Below, one piece after another: positions 1-8,959 of a stretch of DNA of 35,778 bases. How positions within the stretch are numbered: position 1 is the stretch's first letter; each line of letters opens with the position of its first letter. A program made the position numbers and the translations under genes. The notes under the pieces are model-generated. The model was not told the origin of the DNA. It made no database searches and was given only the letters and a program-made list of their open reading frames with translations. The stretch is from an uncultured virus (IMG/VR IMGVR_UViG_643348570_000002) (taxonomy: Duplodnaviria; Heunggongvirae; Uroviricota; Caudoviricetes), in the IMG/VR virus record IMGVR_UViG_643348570_000002; one strand, 5' to 3'.

Positions 1-2
1 GG

Positions 3-2675
3 GAGGACTGGTCTGCCTCCATCGCCGAAATCGCCAAGAACCACATCACCCGCCTGACCGGCCTGCTGAAAGACCCCGACAGCGACGCCCGCCGCGCCTT
101 CGACGATTTCCTAGCCGAGCTGCGCGACGATCTGAACGACACGATCACCGAGGGCGACGCCATCGAGATGCTCGCCCAGCACATCATCACCCGGCCGGTG
201 TTCGAGACCCTGTTCGAAGGCCACAAGTTCACCGCAGAGAACCCCGTTTCGCGCGCCATGCAGCGCGTGCTGGATGTGCTGAACGAGGCCAACCTCGACA
301 AGGAGTCAAAGGACCTCGAGAAATTCTACGCCAGCGTGCGGATGCGCGCCCATGGCATCACCGATCCCCACGCCAAGCAGAAGCTGATCGTCGAGCTCTA
401 CGACAAGTTCTTCCGCCGCGCCTTTCCGCGCACCACCGAAAAGCTGGGGATCGTCTACACCCCGGTCGAGATCGTGGATTTCATCATCCATTCGGTCAAC
501 GAGATGCTGCAGGAGCATTTCGGCCAGACCCTCGGGTCCGAAGGCGTCCACATCCTCGACCCCTTCACCGGCACCGGCACCTTCATCACCCGGCTGCTGC
601 AGTCCGGCCTGATCGCGCCCGAGGAGATGGAGCGCAAGTTCCGCCACGAGATCCACGCCAACGAGATCGTCCTGCTGGCCTATTACATCGCCGCAATCAA
701 CGTCGAGGCGGTCTATCACGGCATCATGGGCGGCGACTATGTGCCGTTCGAGGGCATCTGCCTGACCGACACCTTCCAGATGTATGAAAGCGACGACCTG
801 ATCTCGCATTACATGCCCGACAACTCGGAGCGGCGAAAGCGGCAGAAGGCATCGGATATTCGGGTGATCGTGGGGAACCCGCCGTATTCTGTAGGGCAAG
901 CGACCGCCAACGATGACAATGCCAACGTGATTTACCCGGGGCTGGACGCTCGGATCAGGTCTACCTACGCGGCCAGATCGGCTAACACCAACATGCGCTC
1001 GTTGTATGATAGCTACATTCGCGCAATTCGCTGGGCCTCCGACCGGATCGGGGATGCGGGCATCGTCGCCTTTGTAACGAACGCGGGATGGGTGGACGGA
1101 AACGCGGCCGACGGGATGCGGGCGTGCCTAGCAGAAGAGTTCACAGATCTTTACGTCTTCCACCTTCGCGGAAACCAGCGAACGAGCGGAGAGAAGTCCC
1201 GCAAAGAAGGCGGCAAGATCTTTGGCTCGGGCAGCCGCGCGCCGATCAGCATCAGCGTCTTCGTCAAAAATCCGAAGGCAACGGAGATTGGCCGGATTTT
1301 CTTTCACGACATCGGTGACTATCTAGATCAGAAGCAGAAGCTTGCGATCATTCGAGATTTTGGTGCGATTGGCGGGATTTCCGATGCGGAAGCATGGGAG
1401 AGAATCATACCCAACGAGAATTTTGACTGGCTCGGGCAGCGAGATGCCGACTTCGGTAAGTTCATCGATATCTCTGAAAAGAACGGCTCCCAACCAGCCA
1501 TCTTCGAGACCCACTCCGCTGGGCTGAAAACTAACCGCGATTCATGGGTATACGGCGCATCAAAATCCGATCTGGGAAACCGAATCCAGGAGTCGATTGC
1601 CTTCTACAATCACCAGGTCAAGGAGCGCCAAACCGACAGCAGTCACAAGCCGGATACACGGGCCGATCAATTCAAGTGGTGCCAATCCACTCTAAATTCA
1701 TACGAAAAAGGCAGATACCTGTCGTTTTGCGAAGACCGACTTCAGCAAGCCATCTATCGACCATACCAAAGTACATGGCTGTATAAGGACAAAGACTTGA
1801 ACTGGAGCAGCTATCTAATGCCCCGGTTCTTCCCAAATCGAGAAGCCGTGAACCGCGTGATAATGGTTAAGCAAAGATGGCACGGTGATGGGCAGCTCGC
1901 ACTAATGGTTGACCGCGTCCCCGATCTCCAAAGTGATGGCGGCACACAGTGTGTGTCGCTCTACATCTACGATCAGCAGGACGAGGAACCCCTTGGCCTC
2001 TTTGAAGCCCAGTCCTCCGGCCTTCAGCGCCGCGATGCGATCACAAGTGCTGGGCTGGCCCACTTCCAGGACGCCTATCCCGGCGAGGCGATCACCAAGG
2101 AAGACCTGTTCTACTACGTCTATGGCGTACTGCATTCCGAGGATTACCGCGAGAAATACGCCGACAACCTGTCGAAGGAACTGCCTCGTATCCCCCGCGT
2201 GAAAACCGCTGCCGACTTCTGGGCCTTCAGCCGCGCGGGCCGCGAACTCGGCGACCTGCATGTGAACTATGAGACGGTCGAACCCTATCCCGTGACCTAC
2301 AAGCAGGGCGACCCGCGCACATGGGTCATCAAGGACCCGGAAGCCTTCTACCGCGTCACGAAATGGGCCTTCGGCAAGAACGGCAAGGAGAAGGACAAGT
2401 CCACCGTCATCTACAACGCCAACATCAGCATGACCGACGTGCCCCTCGCGGCCTATGACTATGTCGTCAACGGCAAGCCCGCGCTGGAATGGGTGATGGA
2501 ACGCCAGGTGGTCAAAACCGACAAGGCCAGCGGCATCGTCAACGACGCCAACCGCTATGCCATCGAGACAATGAACAACCCCGCCTACCCGCTGGAACTT
2601 TTCCAACGGGTCATCACCGTCAGCCTTCGGACCATGGAAATCGTGCGCGGCCTGCCGAAGCTGGAGGTGATGTGA
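3..2675 (+). CDS. Type ISP restriction-modification enzyme (LlaBIII/LlaGI-like), 5'-truncated by the window edge; N6-adenine MTase, TRD and C-terminal domain
   Basis: The frame is open from position 3 (EDWSASIAEIAKNHITRL...). It shows the SAM-binding motif ILDPFTGTGTF, catalytic VIVGNPPY, LGIVYTPVEIVDFI and the typical Type ISP C-terminus (YYVYGVLHS..YR..YA.NL.KELPRIP; YVVNGKPALEWVMER). Confidence 0.9.
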   Translation, partial: EDWSASIAEIAKNHITRLTGLLKDPDSDARRAFDDFLAELRDDLNDTITEGDAIEMLAQHIITRPVFETLFEGHKFTAENPVSRAMQRVLDVLNEANLDKESKDLEKFYASVRMRAHGITDPHAKQKLIVELYDKFFRRAFPRTTEKLGIVYTPVEIVDFIIHSVNEMLQEHFGQTLGSEGVHILDPFTGTGTFITRLLQSGLIAPEEMERKFRHEIHANEIVLLAYYIAAINVEAVYHGIMGGDYVPFEGICLTDTFQMYESDDLISHYMPDNSERRKRQKASDIRVIVGNPPYSVGQATANDDNANVIYPGLDARIRSTYAARSANTNMRSLYDSYIRAIRWASDRIGDAGIVAFVTNAGWVDGNAADGMRACLAEEFTDLYVFHLRGNQRTSGEKSRKEGGKIFGSGSRAPISISVFVKNPKATEIGRIFFHDIGDYLDQKQKLAIIRDFGAIGGISDAEAWERIIPNENFDWLGQRDADFGKFIDISEKNGSQPAIFETHSAGLKTNRDSWVYGASKSDLGNRIQESIAFYNHQVKERQTDSSHKPDTRADQFKWCQSTLNSYEKGRYLSFCEDRLQQAIYRPYQSTWLYKDKDLNWSSYLMPRFFPNREAVNRVIMVKQRWHGDGQLALMVDRVPDLQSDGGTQCVSLYIYDQQDEEPLGLFEAQSSGLQRRDAITSAGLAHFQDAYPGEAITKEDLFYYVYGVLHSEDYREKYADNLSKELPRIPRVKTAADFWAFSRAGRELGDLHVNYETVEPYPVTYKQGDPRTWVIKDPEAFYRVTKWAFGKNGKEKDKSTVIYNANISMTDVPLAAYDYVVNGKPALEWVMERQVVKTDKASGIVNDANRYAIETMNNPAYPLELFQRVITVSLRTMEIVRGLPKLEVM

Positions 2676-3115
2676 TCCGCGCCGTGATCCTGCTGGGCGT
2701 CCTGTCCATGGCCACCCCGGTCATGGGCCAGAGCTTTTCCTGCAGCATGGGGGCGCGACCCGCTTGCCTCGGCTTCGGCGAAACCGTCTGCTCAAGCAGC
2801 GGCATGTGCGTCAACCAGAACTCCGCCTGCTTCGACCGCTACCAGTGCAACTTCGAGGGTTTCACCTGCAGGTCCAACCTGACCGAGTGCGTCGACAGGT
2901 ATGAGCGGCTGCTCAGGGAGCACAACGACCTGGTGCGTGACTACAACGCGCTGCTCGCCGACCACCGGACGCTTCTGTCTACGCACAATGACCTTGTCGA
3001 CGAATACAACCAGAACCTGGCGATCACCCGACGCTTGAGGAGCGAACTGGCGGATGTCGAAACCTGCCTGATCCTCGCCCGGACGCTGGAGGACGCCCGG
3101 CTATGCGCACCATGA
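2672..3115 (+). CDS. Secreted/periplasmic Cys-rich protein with coiled coil (147 aa)
   Basis: GGAGG at 2663-2667 and a GTG start overlapping the upstream stop (GTGA). Signal-peptide-like VIRAVILLGVLSMATPVMGQ, 10 Cys, and heptad-like YERLLREHNDLVRDYNALLADH. Confidence 0.75.
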   Translation: MIRAVILLGVLSMATPVMGQSFSCSMGARPACLGFGETVCSSSGMCVNQNSACFDRYQCNFEGFTCRSNLTECVDRYERLLREHNDLVRDYNALLADHRTLLSTHNDLVDEYNQNLAITRRLRSELADVETCLILARTLEDARLCAP

Positions 3116-3984
3116 TCCCCGAGGGCGATTTCCGCTTCATCGCGCTGGACGTGGAAACGGCCTGCAGCGACGCGGGTAGCATCTGCCAGATCGGACTGGC
3201 CTGTGTGTTCCCCGACAACCGGATCCACACCTTCTCGACGCTCGTGAACCCCGGCACCAGGTTCGACCCTTTCAACGTCCGGCTTCACGGCATCGGCCCT
3301 GACCATGTGTCCGGCGCGCTCCGATTCGATGAACTCCTCGATCACCTTTTCCCGCTTCTCTCACGGCATCATCTGGTCCAGCACAGCAACTTCGACAAAC
3401 AGGCCTTGAATGCGGCTTGTCGCTCGTGTGGGAGAGAGCCGCCGGATTTTCGCTGGGCGGACAGTGTCACTATCGCACGCCGGGCCTGGCCAGAACTGCT
3501 CAGAAATGGCGGTCATGGCCTCGGGAACCTGAAGCGAGTGCTCGGCTTGGACTTCAACCATCACGACGCCGGCGAAGACGCGCGCGCGGCCGCTCTGGTG
3601 GTCCTGCATGCTGAAACGCACCTCAACCTGACATTCGAAGAACTGATCAAACCGGCGAGGAAAAACCATCCAGCCGCCATCACGCGGGAGGGAGATCCAA
3701 CAGGCGCGCTCTCCGGCTCAGTCGTCGTGTTCACCGGCGCACTGAGTATGTCGCGCGAAGAGGCGGCGGCAGCGGCCGCGCGTGTAGGCATGGACGTCAA
3801 GTCCTCGGTTACGAACAAGACAACCTACCTGGTCGTCGGCGACCAGGATCTGAACGTCCTTGCCGGACACACGAAGAGCAGCAAGCACCGACGCGCCGAG
3901 GAGATGCAGAGCGCCGGCCACCCGATCCAGATAGTTGGTGAGACCGAGTTCAGGACGCTCGTGACCAACGCGGCGGTGTCCTGA
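3103..3984 (+). CDS. DEDDh 3'-5' exonuclease (DnaQ/epsilon-like) with C-terminal BRCT domain
   Basis: ExoI IALDVETA, ExoII HSNFD, ExoIII HHDAGEDARA; BRCT signature VVFTGALSMSREEA...TTYLVVG...K..A. An alternative start at 3112 gives an ATGA overlap. Confidence 0.88.
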   Translation: MRTMIPEGDFRFIALDVETACSDAGSICQIGLACVFPDNRIHTFSTLVNPGTRFDPFNVRLHGIGPDHVSGALRFDELLDHLFPLLSRHHLVQHSNFDKQALNAACRSCGREPPDFRWADSVTIARRAWPELLRNGGHGLGNLKRVLGLDFNHHDAGEDARAAALVVLHAETHLNLTFEELIKPARKNHPAAITREGDPTGALSGSVVVFTGALSMSREEAAAAAARVGMDVKSSVTNKTTYLVVGDQDLNVLAGHTKSSKHRRAEEMQSAGHPIQIVGETEFRTLVTNAAVS

Positions 3985-4190
3985 TATGCGACCGGTAGTC
4001 CCATCCGGTGGCGGAGCACGGTCGGTCGCTTCGAGCAGAACAATTGCCCCAGAAAGTAGACTAATGCCGGCTCTACACAGCTTCGAGGGCGCGGCCGATC
4101 TAGGCCCAAGCAGTGCGGCAAATGACGTCTGTGCTCTCAATTCTTATTGCTCTGATATTGAAGATATATTTTGATCCGGAGGCTTTGTTC

Positions 4191-5642
4191 ATGGGAAAAA
4201 TTCGAAATCCAATTAGGTTTTCAGAGCACTACGGGATCGATGGACAAGCGCTGGAAGATCGAGGCATCCTCGATCCTACTTTGAACGCCGACACGAGGCT
4301 TTTCATCGACCCTCTCTTGCTCGAAAATTCAAGTCACTCCGAAATATCAGTCGGCGCACGGCAGACCTACGAGAATCACTTTGGAACTATCATTAAGTTC
4401 CTCGCAAAAACAAAAGTCCCGAAAGACGTCGCATGGAATAGTGCGGCACGCCTTCTTTCTTTTCCAGAGATCAAGTGGACCTGTCTTGGCTACGGTGCAC
4501 AGTCAGTGGCGGGAAGCGGTTCAGGCTCAGAAATGACCGGCCACTATATTGAAACAGCGCGTCAGATCGTTGAGCTTGGGATTGAAGACCCTGATCTCTT
4601 CGTCGCTATGGCACTGTTCGAAAACGGTGTTGGTCCCGATCGTATCAGTGACATGACCGCAAATGTCATTCTGGGCGATTTGATCAAGCTTAACGAGCGT
4701 ATCCTTCCAGAGCTTGGCATTGCCACGCAGCCAATGACCATTGCGCTCAAGAACGGCAAAAGCCATTCCGGTCGATTGGCGGCGAACCCCTACATCAGTT
4801 CAGAAGACCCCGTTATCCTTGTTCCAAGCGATATACTGCGACATCTACCCATTGCTACCGATTGGTCCAGTGTCGCCGACGCCGCTTCAAAGAACGCTCA
4901 AATACGTTCGCGTGTGAACGACCAAATCGCGCAGATGTGGCAGGTCAAGAGCAGAAAAGACAAAGATGAAATCCGCCGTTGGGCATTGGCTGACAAGGCT
5001 TCCTTCGAAACATTCATGGAGATGCTGCATGGTGCGAATCCGAATGCCTATGACATGAATGGCGATCCTTTGGGTGAGGTATTCTGGCGCAAGATCGCAG
5101 CCGCCTTGGCCGAAGAAGAACCGTTGGCTATCGACCCACCTAGGAAGATGGATCTTGCAGGCGTCGAAATGGTGGTCGAGGCTATCATCGAGCAGTTTCG
5201 GTTCCTGATCGAAGACCGCCGCTTTTCCGAGGAGCTGTATTATTACGGGAAGCCTCGACCGGAGATTGCGGCGCAGCGCCTATTCTTTGCAGTTGCACAC
5301 AGCTACTGTAAAGCAAATGACCTTGATCTGACGCCCGAAGCAGAAACAGGAAATGGTCCAGTAGATTTTAAAGTGTCAGCTGGTTTTACTGGACGCGCCG
5401 TGGTGGAAATCAAGCTTTCAAGAAACTCCAAGCTGGTGGATGGGTACATAAAGCAACTCGAAACCTACAAAAGAGCCGAGGAAACGGTCTCGGGGTTCTA
5501 CGTGGTCGTCGATGTCGGGAAAATGGGCCAGAAGGATGAGCGCCTACTCGCGATAAGGAACGAGGCGAGTGCGAGAGGCGACATCGCTTCTCGGATTGAC
5601 TTTATCGACGGATCACGTCGCAAATCCGCCAGCAAACTGTAA
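4191..5642 (+). CDS. Low-GC hypothetical protein with C-terminal PD-(D/E)xK-like nuclease motif (483 aa); candidate defence protein
   Basis: GGAGG at 4178-4182 then ATG 4191, with an AT-rich upstream tract. Motif PEAETGNGPVDFKVS...VVEIKLS. Codon usage is visibly less GC-rich than the phage genes. Confidence 0.7.
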   Translation: MGKIRNPIRFSEHYGIDGQALEDRGILDPTLNADTRLFIDPLLLENSSHSEISVGARQTYENHFGTIIKFLAKTKVPKDVAWNSAARLLSFPEIKWTCLGYGAQSVAGSGSGSEMTGHYIETARQIVELGIEDPDLFVAMALFENGVGPDRISDMTANVILGDLIKLNERILPELGIATQPMTIALKNGKSHSGRLAANPYISSEDPVILVPSDILRHLPIATDWSSVADAASKNAQIRSRVNDQIAQMWQVKSRKDKDEIRRWALADKASFETFMEMLHGANPNAYDMNGDPLGEVFWRKIAAALAEEEPLAIDPPRKMDLAGVEMVVEAIIEQFRFLIEDRRFSEELYYYGKPRPEIAAQRLFFAVAHSYCKANDLDLTPEAETGNGPVDFKVSAGFTGRAVVEIKLSRNSKLVDGYIKQLETYKRAEETVSGFYVVVDVGKMGQKDERLLAIRNEASARGDIASRIDFIDGSRRKSASKL

Positions 5643-5698
5643 CGACGGCGAAGCCTCAGTGCATCGATCATGGTGGCTTAGGGCCGCCCCCCTCCCAT

Positions 5699-5967
5699 GG
5701 TTCCTCCCGGGCTCGATCCGTATACGGGGGGGCTGAGCGCGCAAGTTTTCCAGCGTCTGGCCTTTTCACCGGGGAATCCAGTTGGAAGCCACCCCAGCGG
5801 ACTTGCTGGAAATTCTGACTCTATATCAGATTCTTACGGGATTGCCCCGCTGGCCGAGGTGGATTCCACCGGGAAGCCAGGGAAGCCACCCAGCTGAATC
5901 CACTGGCCACCGAAGCCACCTGTGGAAGCCATTTGTGACGCAGCTTGCCAGAACGCATTGAATCCAC
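5699..5967 (+). promoter_or_regulatory. Candidate lambda-type cos packaging site (cosQ/cosN-like, repeated terminase-binding-like sites, IHF site)
   Basis: GGTTCCT(5699-5705)...GATCCGTATACGGGGGGGCTGAGCGCGCAAGTTTTC resembles lambda GGGTCCT...GATCCG...TACGGGGCGGCGACCTCGCGGGTTTTC. It is followed by about 9 GAA(G/T)CCA-type repeats and TATCAGATTCTTA (5824-5836), which matches IHF WATCARN4TTR. Confidence 0.6.
5773..5967 (+). repeat. Cluster of short direct repeats G(G)AA(G/T)CCA(C)
   Basis: Copies start at about 5773, 5784, 5861 (GGATTCCAC variant), 5872, 5881, 5896, 5912, 5924 and 5960. Confidence 0.8.
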
Positions 5968-5980
5968 GCGTAAAAATGGT

Positions 5981-6010
5981 TTGACAAAGCTGCCCCCCTT
6001 GACGTAGCAA
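5981..6010 (+). promoter_or_regulatory. Putative sigma70 late promoter
   Basis: Perfect TTGACA at 5981-5986 and weak -10 TAGCAA at 6005-6010 (18-nt spacer). A second TTGACG lies at 5999-6004. Confidence 0.4.
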
Positions 6011-6027
6011 GGAACCATCGAAGAATT

Positions 6028-6060
6028 GCGCCCGGAGGATCCCCTCGCGGGCGCTTTTGT
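6028..6060 (+). terminator. Intrinsic terminator-like hairpin in the late leader
   Basis: GCGCCCG-GAGG/ATCC loop/CCTC-g-CGGGCGC followed by TTTTGT. Confidence 0.6.
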
Positions 6061-6090
6061 GTTCCTCCTCCACATCCCGAGCCCCTCCCC

Positions 6091-7353
6091 ATGGACCTCG
6101 TCTTCGCGCCGAGCCAGATCGAGACCTGGCCGATCGAACGGCTGCGCCCCTATGCCCGCAATGCCAAGATGCATGGCGACGACCAGGTTGCGAAGATTGC
6201 CGCCAGCATGGCCAAGTTCGGCTGGACGGTGCCCTGCATGGTGGCCGACGACGGCGAACTGATCGCGGGCCATGGGCGCGTGCTGGCGGCCACTATGCTC
6301 GGCCTGACCGAGGTGCCGGTGATCCGGCTCAGCCATCTCGACGAGGCCGAACGCCGCGCCTACCGCATCGCGGACAACAAGCTCACGGAGCTCGGCGAAT
6401 GGGACGAAGCCCTGCTGCGCGACGAGATCGCGGGGCTGCTGGCCGAGGATTTCGACCTGTCGCTGCTCGGCATCAGCGACGATGATCTGGATGCGCTGCT
6501 GCGGGATCCGGAGGCGCTGGGCGAGGATAGCCCGGTCGAGCGCGAGGACGACATTCCTGAGTTGCCGGTCACGCCGGTGTCGGTGCCGGGCGACCTTTGG
6601 CAGCTCGGTGCGCACCGGCTGATCTGCGGCGACAGCACCGCGGCCGATGTGGTCGGGCGGCTGCTCGGGGATGTGGGCCCCCTGCTGATGGTGACCGACC
6701 CGCCCTATGGCGTGGAGTACGACCCCTCCTGGCGCAACCAGGCGGGGGCCGCGAAGACGAAACGCACCGGGAGGGTGCTGAACGACGACCGGGCAGACTG
6801 GCGCGAGGCTTGGGCGCTGTTCCCGGGTGACGTTGCCTATGTCTGGCACGGTGCGCTCCATGCGGCGACCGTGGCGGACAGCCTGGTGGCGGCGGGCTTC
6901 GCGATCCGCTCGCAGATCATCTGGGCCAAGGACCGGTTGGTCCTCAGCCGCGGCGATTACCACTGGCAGCACGAACCCTGCTAGTATGCCGTGCGTGCCA
7001 AGGGCAAGGGGCACTGGGCGGGGGACCGCAAGCAGACCACGCTGTGGCAGATCGCCAATCGAGATCAGGATGCCGACACCGTGCACGGCACGCAGAAACC
7101 GGTGGAATGCATGCGGCGCCCGATCCTGAACAACTCCAGCCCCGGCCAAGCCATCTATGAGCCCTTCATGGGATCCGGCACCACGCTGATCGCGGCCGAA
7201 ACCACCGGCCGGGTCTGCCTCGGCGTCGAGTTGAACCCGGCCTATGTCGACGTCGCCATCGAGCGCTGGCAGTCCTTCACGGGCGAGGAGGCGATGCTGG
7301 CGGAGGCCGGCGAGAGTTTCGCCGCCCTGAAAGCAAAGCGGCTCGCGGCATGA
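6091..7353 (+). pseudogene. ParB/Srx N-terminal domain fused to beta-class DNA methyltransferase (DPPY), interrupted by in-frame TAG at 6982-6984
   Basis: ParB motif LIAGHGRVLAA...RIADNKL, TDPPY, HGTQKPVE and YEPFMGSGTT. ORFs 6091-6984 and 6991-7353 are in the same frame (HEPC*YAVR). Confidence 0.85.
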
Positions 7354-8726
7354 ACGCGCCGCTCCTGCCCGGCCGGATCGAGCACTGGCCGCTGGTCCGT
7401 CTCCGCCCCTATGCCCACAACGCCAAGACCCACGACGCCGAGCAGGTGGCCAAGATTGCTGCCAGCATGGCCGAGTTCGGCTGGACCGTTCCCTGCCTTG
7501 TCGCCGCCGACGGCGAGCTGATCGCAGGCCATGGCCGCGTCCTGGCCGCAGCCCAGCTGGGGTTGGCCGATGCACCGGTCATCGTGCTGGATCATCTCAC
7601 CGACGCGCAGCGCAGGGCCTATCGCATCGCCGACAACAAACTCACGGAACTGGGCGGCTGGGACGAGGCGCTGCTGCTCGAGGAACTGCGCGGGTTGCTG
7701 GCAGAAGATTTCGACCTCGGGCTGATCGGCATCCCTGAGGATGAGCTCGACGCGCTGCTCAACGATGCCGATGACAATCGCGCGCCGATTGACGATGACA
7801 CGGCCGACACCATCCCCGAGCCCCCGGCGGAACCGATCACGCGACCGGGCGACATCTGGGCGCTGGGCGACCATCGGCTGATTTGCGGTGACGCGACTGA
7901 TCCGACCGTGGTGGCACGGTTGATGGACGGGGCGCAGGCGTCGCTGATGTTCACATCCCCACCCTATGCTCAGCAGCGCGACTATGGCGCGGCGAAGGAG
8001 AAGGTGGGCGATTGGGATGCGCTGATGCAAGGCGTCTTCGTCGCGGCACCCGTCACAGAGGCCGCTCAGCTGCTGGTGAATCTTGGCCTCGTCCACCGCG
8101 ATGGCGAGTGGATCCCGTATTGGGAAGGCTGGCTCGACTGGATGCGCGCGCAGGACTGGCGGCGGTTCGGCTGGTACGTCTGGGACCAGGGGCCCGGCCT
8201 GCCCGGTGGCTGGAACGGGCGGCTGGCCCCCTCGCACGAGTTCATCTTCCACTTCAACCGCCAGCCCCGCAAACCCAACAAGACGGTCGAAAGCAAGCAC
8301 GCAGGCGAAACCCTCGGCGGCGGTGGGCTGCGCGGGGCCGACGGCACGGTCCATCGCAAGACCGGCTTTGGCAACGCGATCCAGAGCCACCGCATCCCCG
8401 ACAGCGTCTTCCGCATCATGCGCCACAAGGGCGGGCTGGGCGCGGCCGGATCGCACCCAGCCGTGTTTCCGGTGGCGCTGGTCGAGGCGGTTCTGAAGGC
8501 CTTCACCGATCCCGGCGACCTGGTGTTCGAGCCCTTCTGCGGCTCCGGCACCCAGCTGATCGCCGCGGAACGCACTGGACGGCGCTGCTCTGCGGTGGAA
8601 CTGGACCCGGTCTATTGCGACGTCGCAGTGCGCCGGTGGGAGACGGCGACGGGGCGAGCGGCCCACCGGATCACCGAACAGGAGGAGGCGAGGAAACCGG
8701 CGCGCCGGTCGCGGAACCGAGCATGA
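7350..8726 (+). CDS. ParB/Srx domain fused to beta-class DNA methyltransferase (SPPY, probably N4-cytosine)
   Basis: Paralogous ParB N-terminus, FTSPPY, HPAVFPVAL and FEPFCGSGT; ATGA overlap with the previous gene. Confidence 0.88.
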   Translation: MNAPLLPGRIEHWPLVRLRPYAHNAKTHDAEQVAKIAASMAEFGWTVPCLVAADGELIAGHGRVLAAAQLGLADAPVIVLDHLTDAQRRAYRIADNKLTELGGWDEALLLEELRGLLAEDFDLGLIGIPEDELDALLNDADDNRAPIDDDTADTIPEPPAEPITRPGDIWALGDHRLICGDATDPTVVARLMDGAQASLMFTSPPYAQQRDYGAAKEKVGDWDALMQGVFVAAPVTEAAQLLVNLGLVHRDGEWIPYWEGWLDWMRAQDWRRFGWYVWDQGPGLPGGWNGRLAPSHEFIFHFNRQPRKPNKTVESKHAGETLGGGGLRGADGTVHRKTGFGNAIQSHRIPDSVFRIMRHKGGLGAAGSHPAVFPVALVEAVLKAFTDPGDLVFEPFCGSGTQLIAAERTGRRCSAVELDPVYCDVAVRRWETATGRAAHRITEQEEARKPARRSRNRA

Positions 8727-8932
8727 CGCAGTCGCGCCGCATGTCGCTGATCGAGGCCATCGCCAATGTCGCCGTGGGCTACGCGCTGGCAGTTGCCACG
8801 CAGATCGTGGTGTTCCCATGGTTTGGCCTGCACCCGAGCCTCGGTGAGAACCTGGCGCTGGGCGGGGTCTTCACCGCGATCTCCCTGATCCGGGGCTACG
8901 CGCTGCGCAGGCTGTTCGAGCGATTTCGTTGA
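8723..8932 (+). CDS. Small two-TM membrane protein (69 aa) typical after phage MTases
   Basis: ATGA overlap; MTQSRRMSLIEAIANVAVGYALAVATQIVVFPWFG...RGYALRRLFERFR has two hydrophobic segments. Confidence 0.75.
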   Translation: MTQSRRMSLIEAIANVAVGYALAVATQIVVFPWFGLHPSLGENLALGGVFTAISLIRGYALRRLFERFR

Positions 8933-8957
8933 CGTCGCGTTCGCAGTTCTCTACCTT
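8929..8957 (+). promoter_or_regulatory. sigma70-type promoter for the HNH unit
   Basis: TTGACG (8929-8934), 17-nt spacer, TACCTT (8952-8957). Confidence 0.55.
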
Positions 8958-8959
8958 TC

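Noticed and set aside
3988..4029. Inverted repeat after the exonuclease gene as an ncRNA
   Set aside because: A short stem with no further support; most simply a terminator or stabilising hairpin.
5773..5967. Short repeat cluster as a CRISPR or guide array
   Set aside because: Repeats are only 7-9 nt with irregular 1-70 nt spacing, and no cas genes are present. Protein-binding sites at cos explain it better.
8939..8949. Alphaproteobacterial LexA box at the HNH promoter
   Set aside because: The GTTC repeats are 3 nt apart, not the required GTTC-N7-GTTC.
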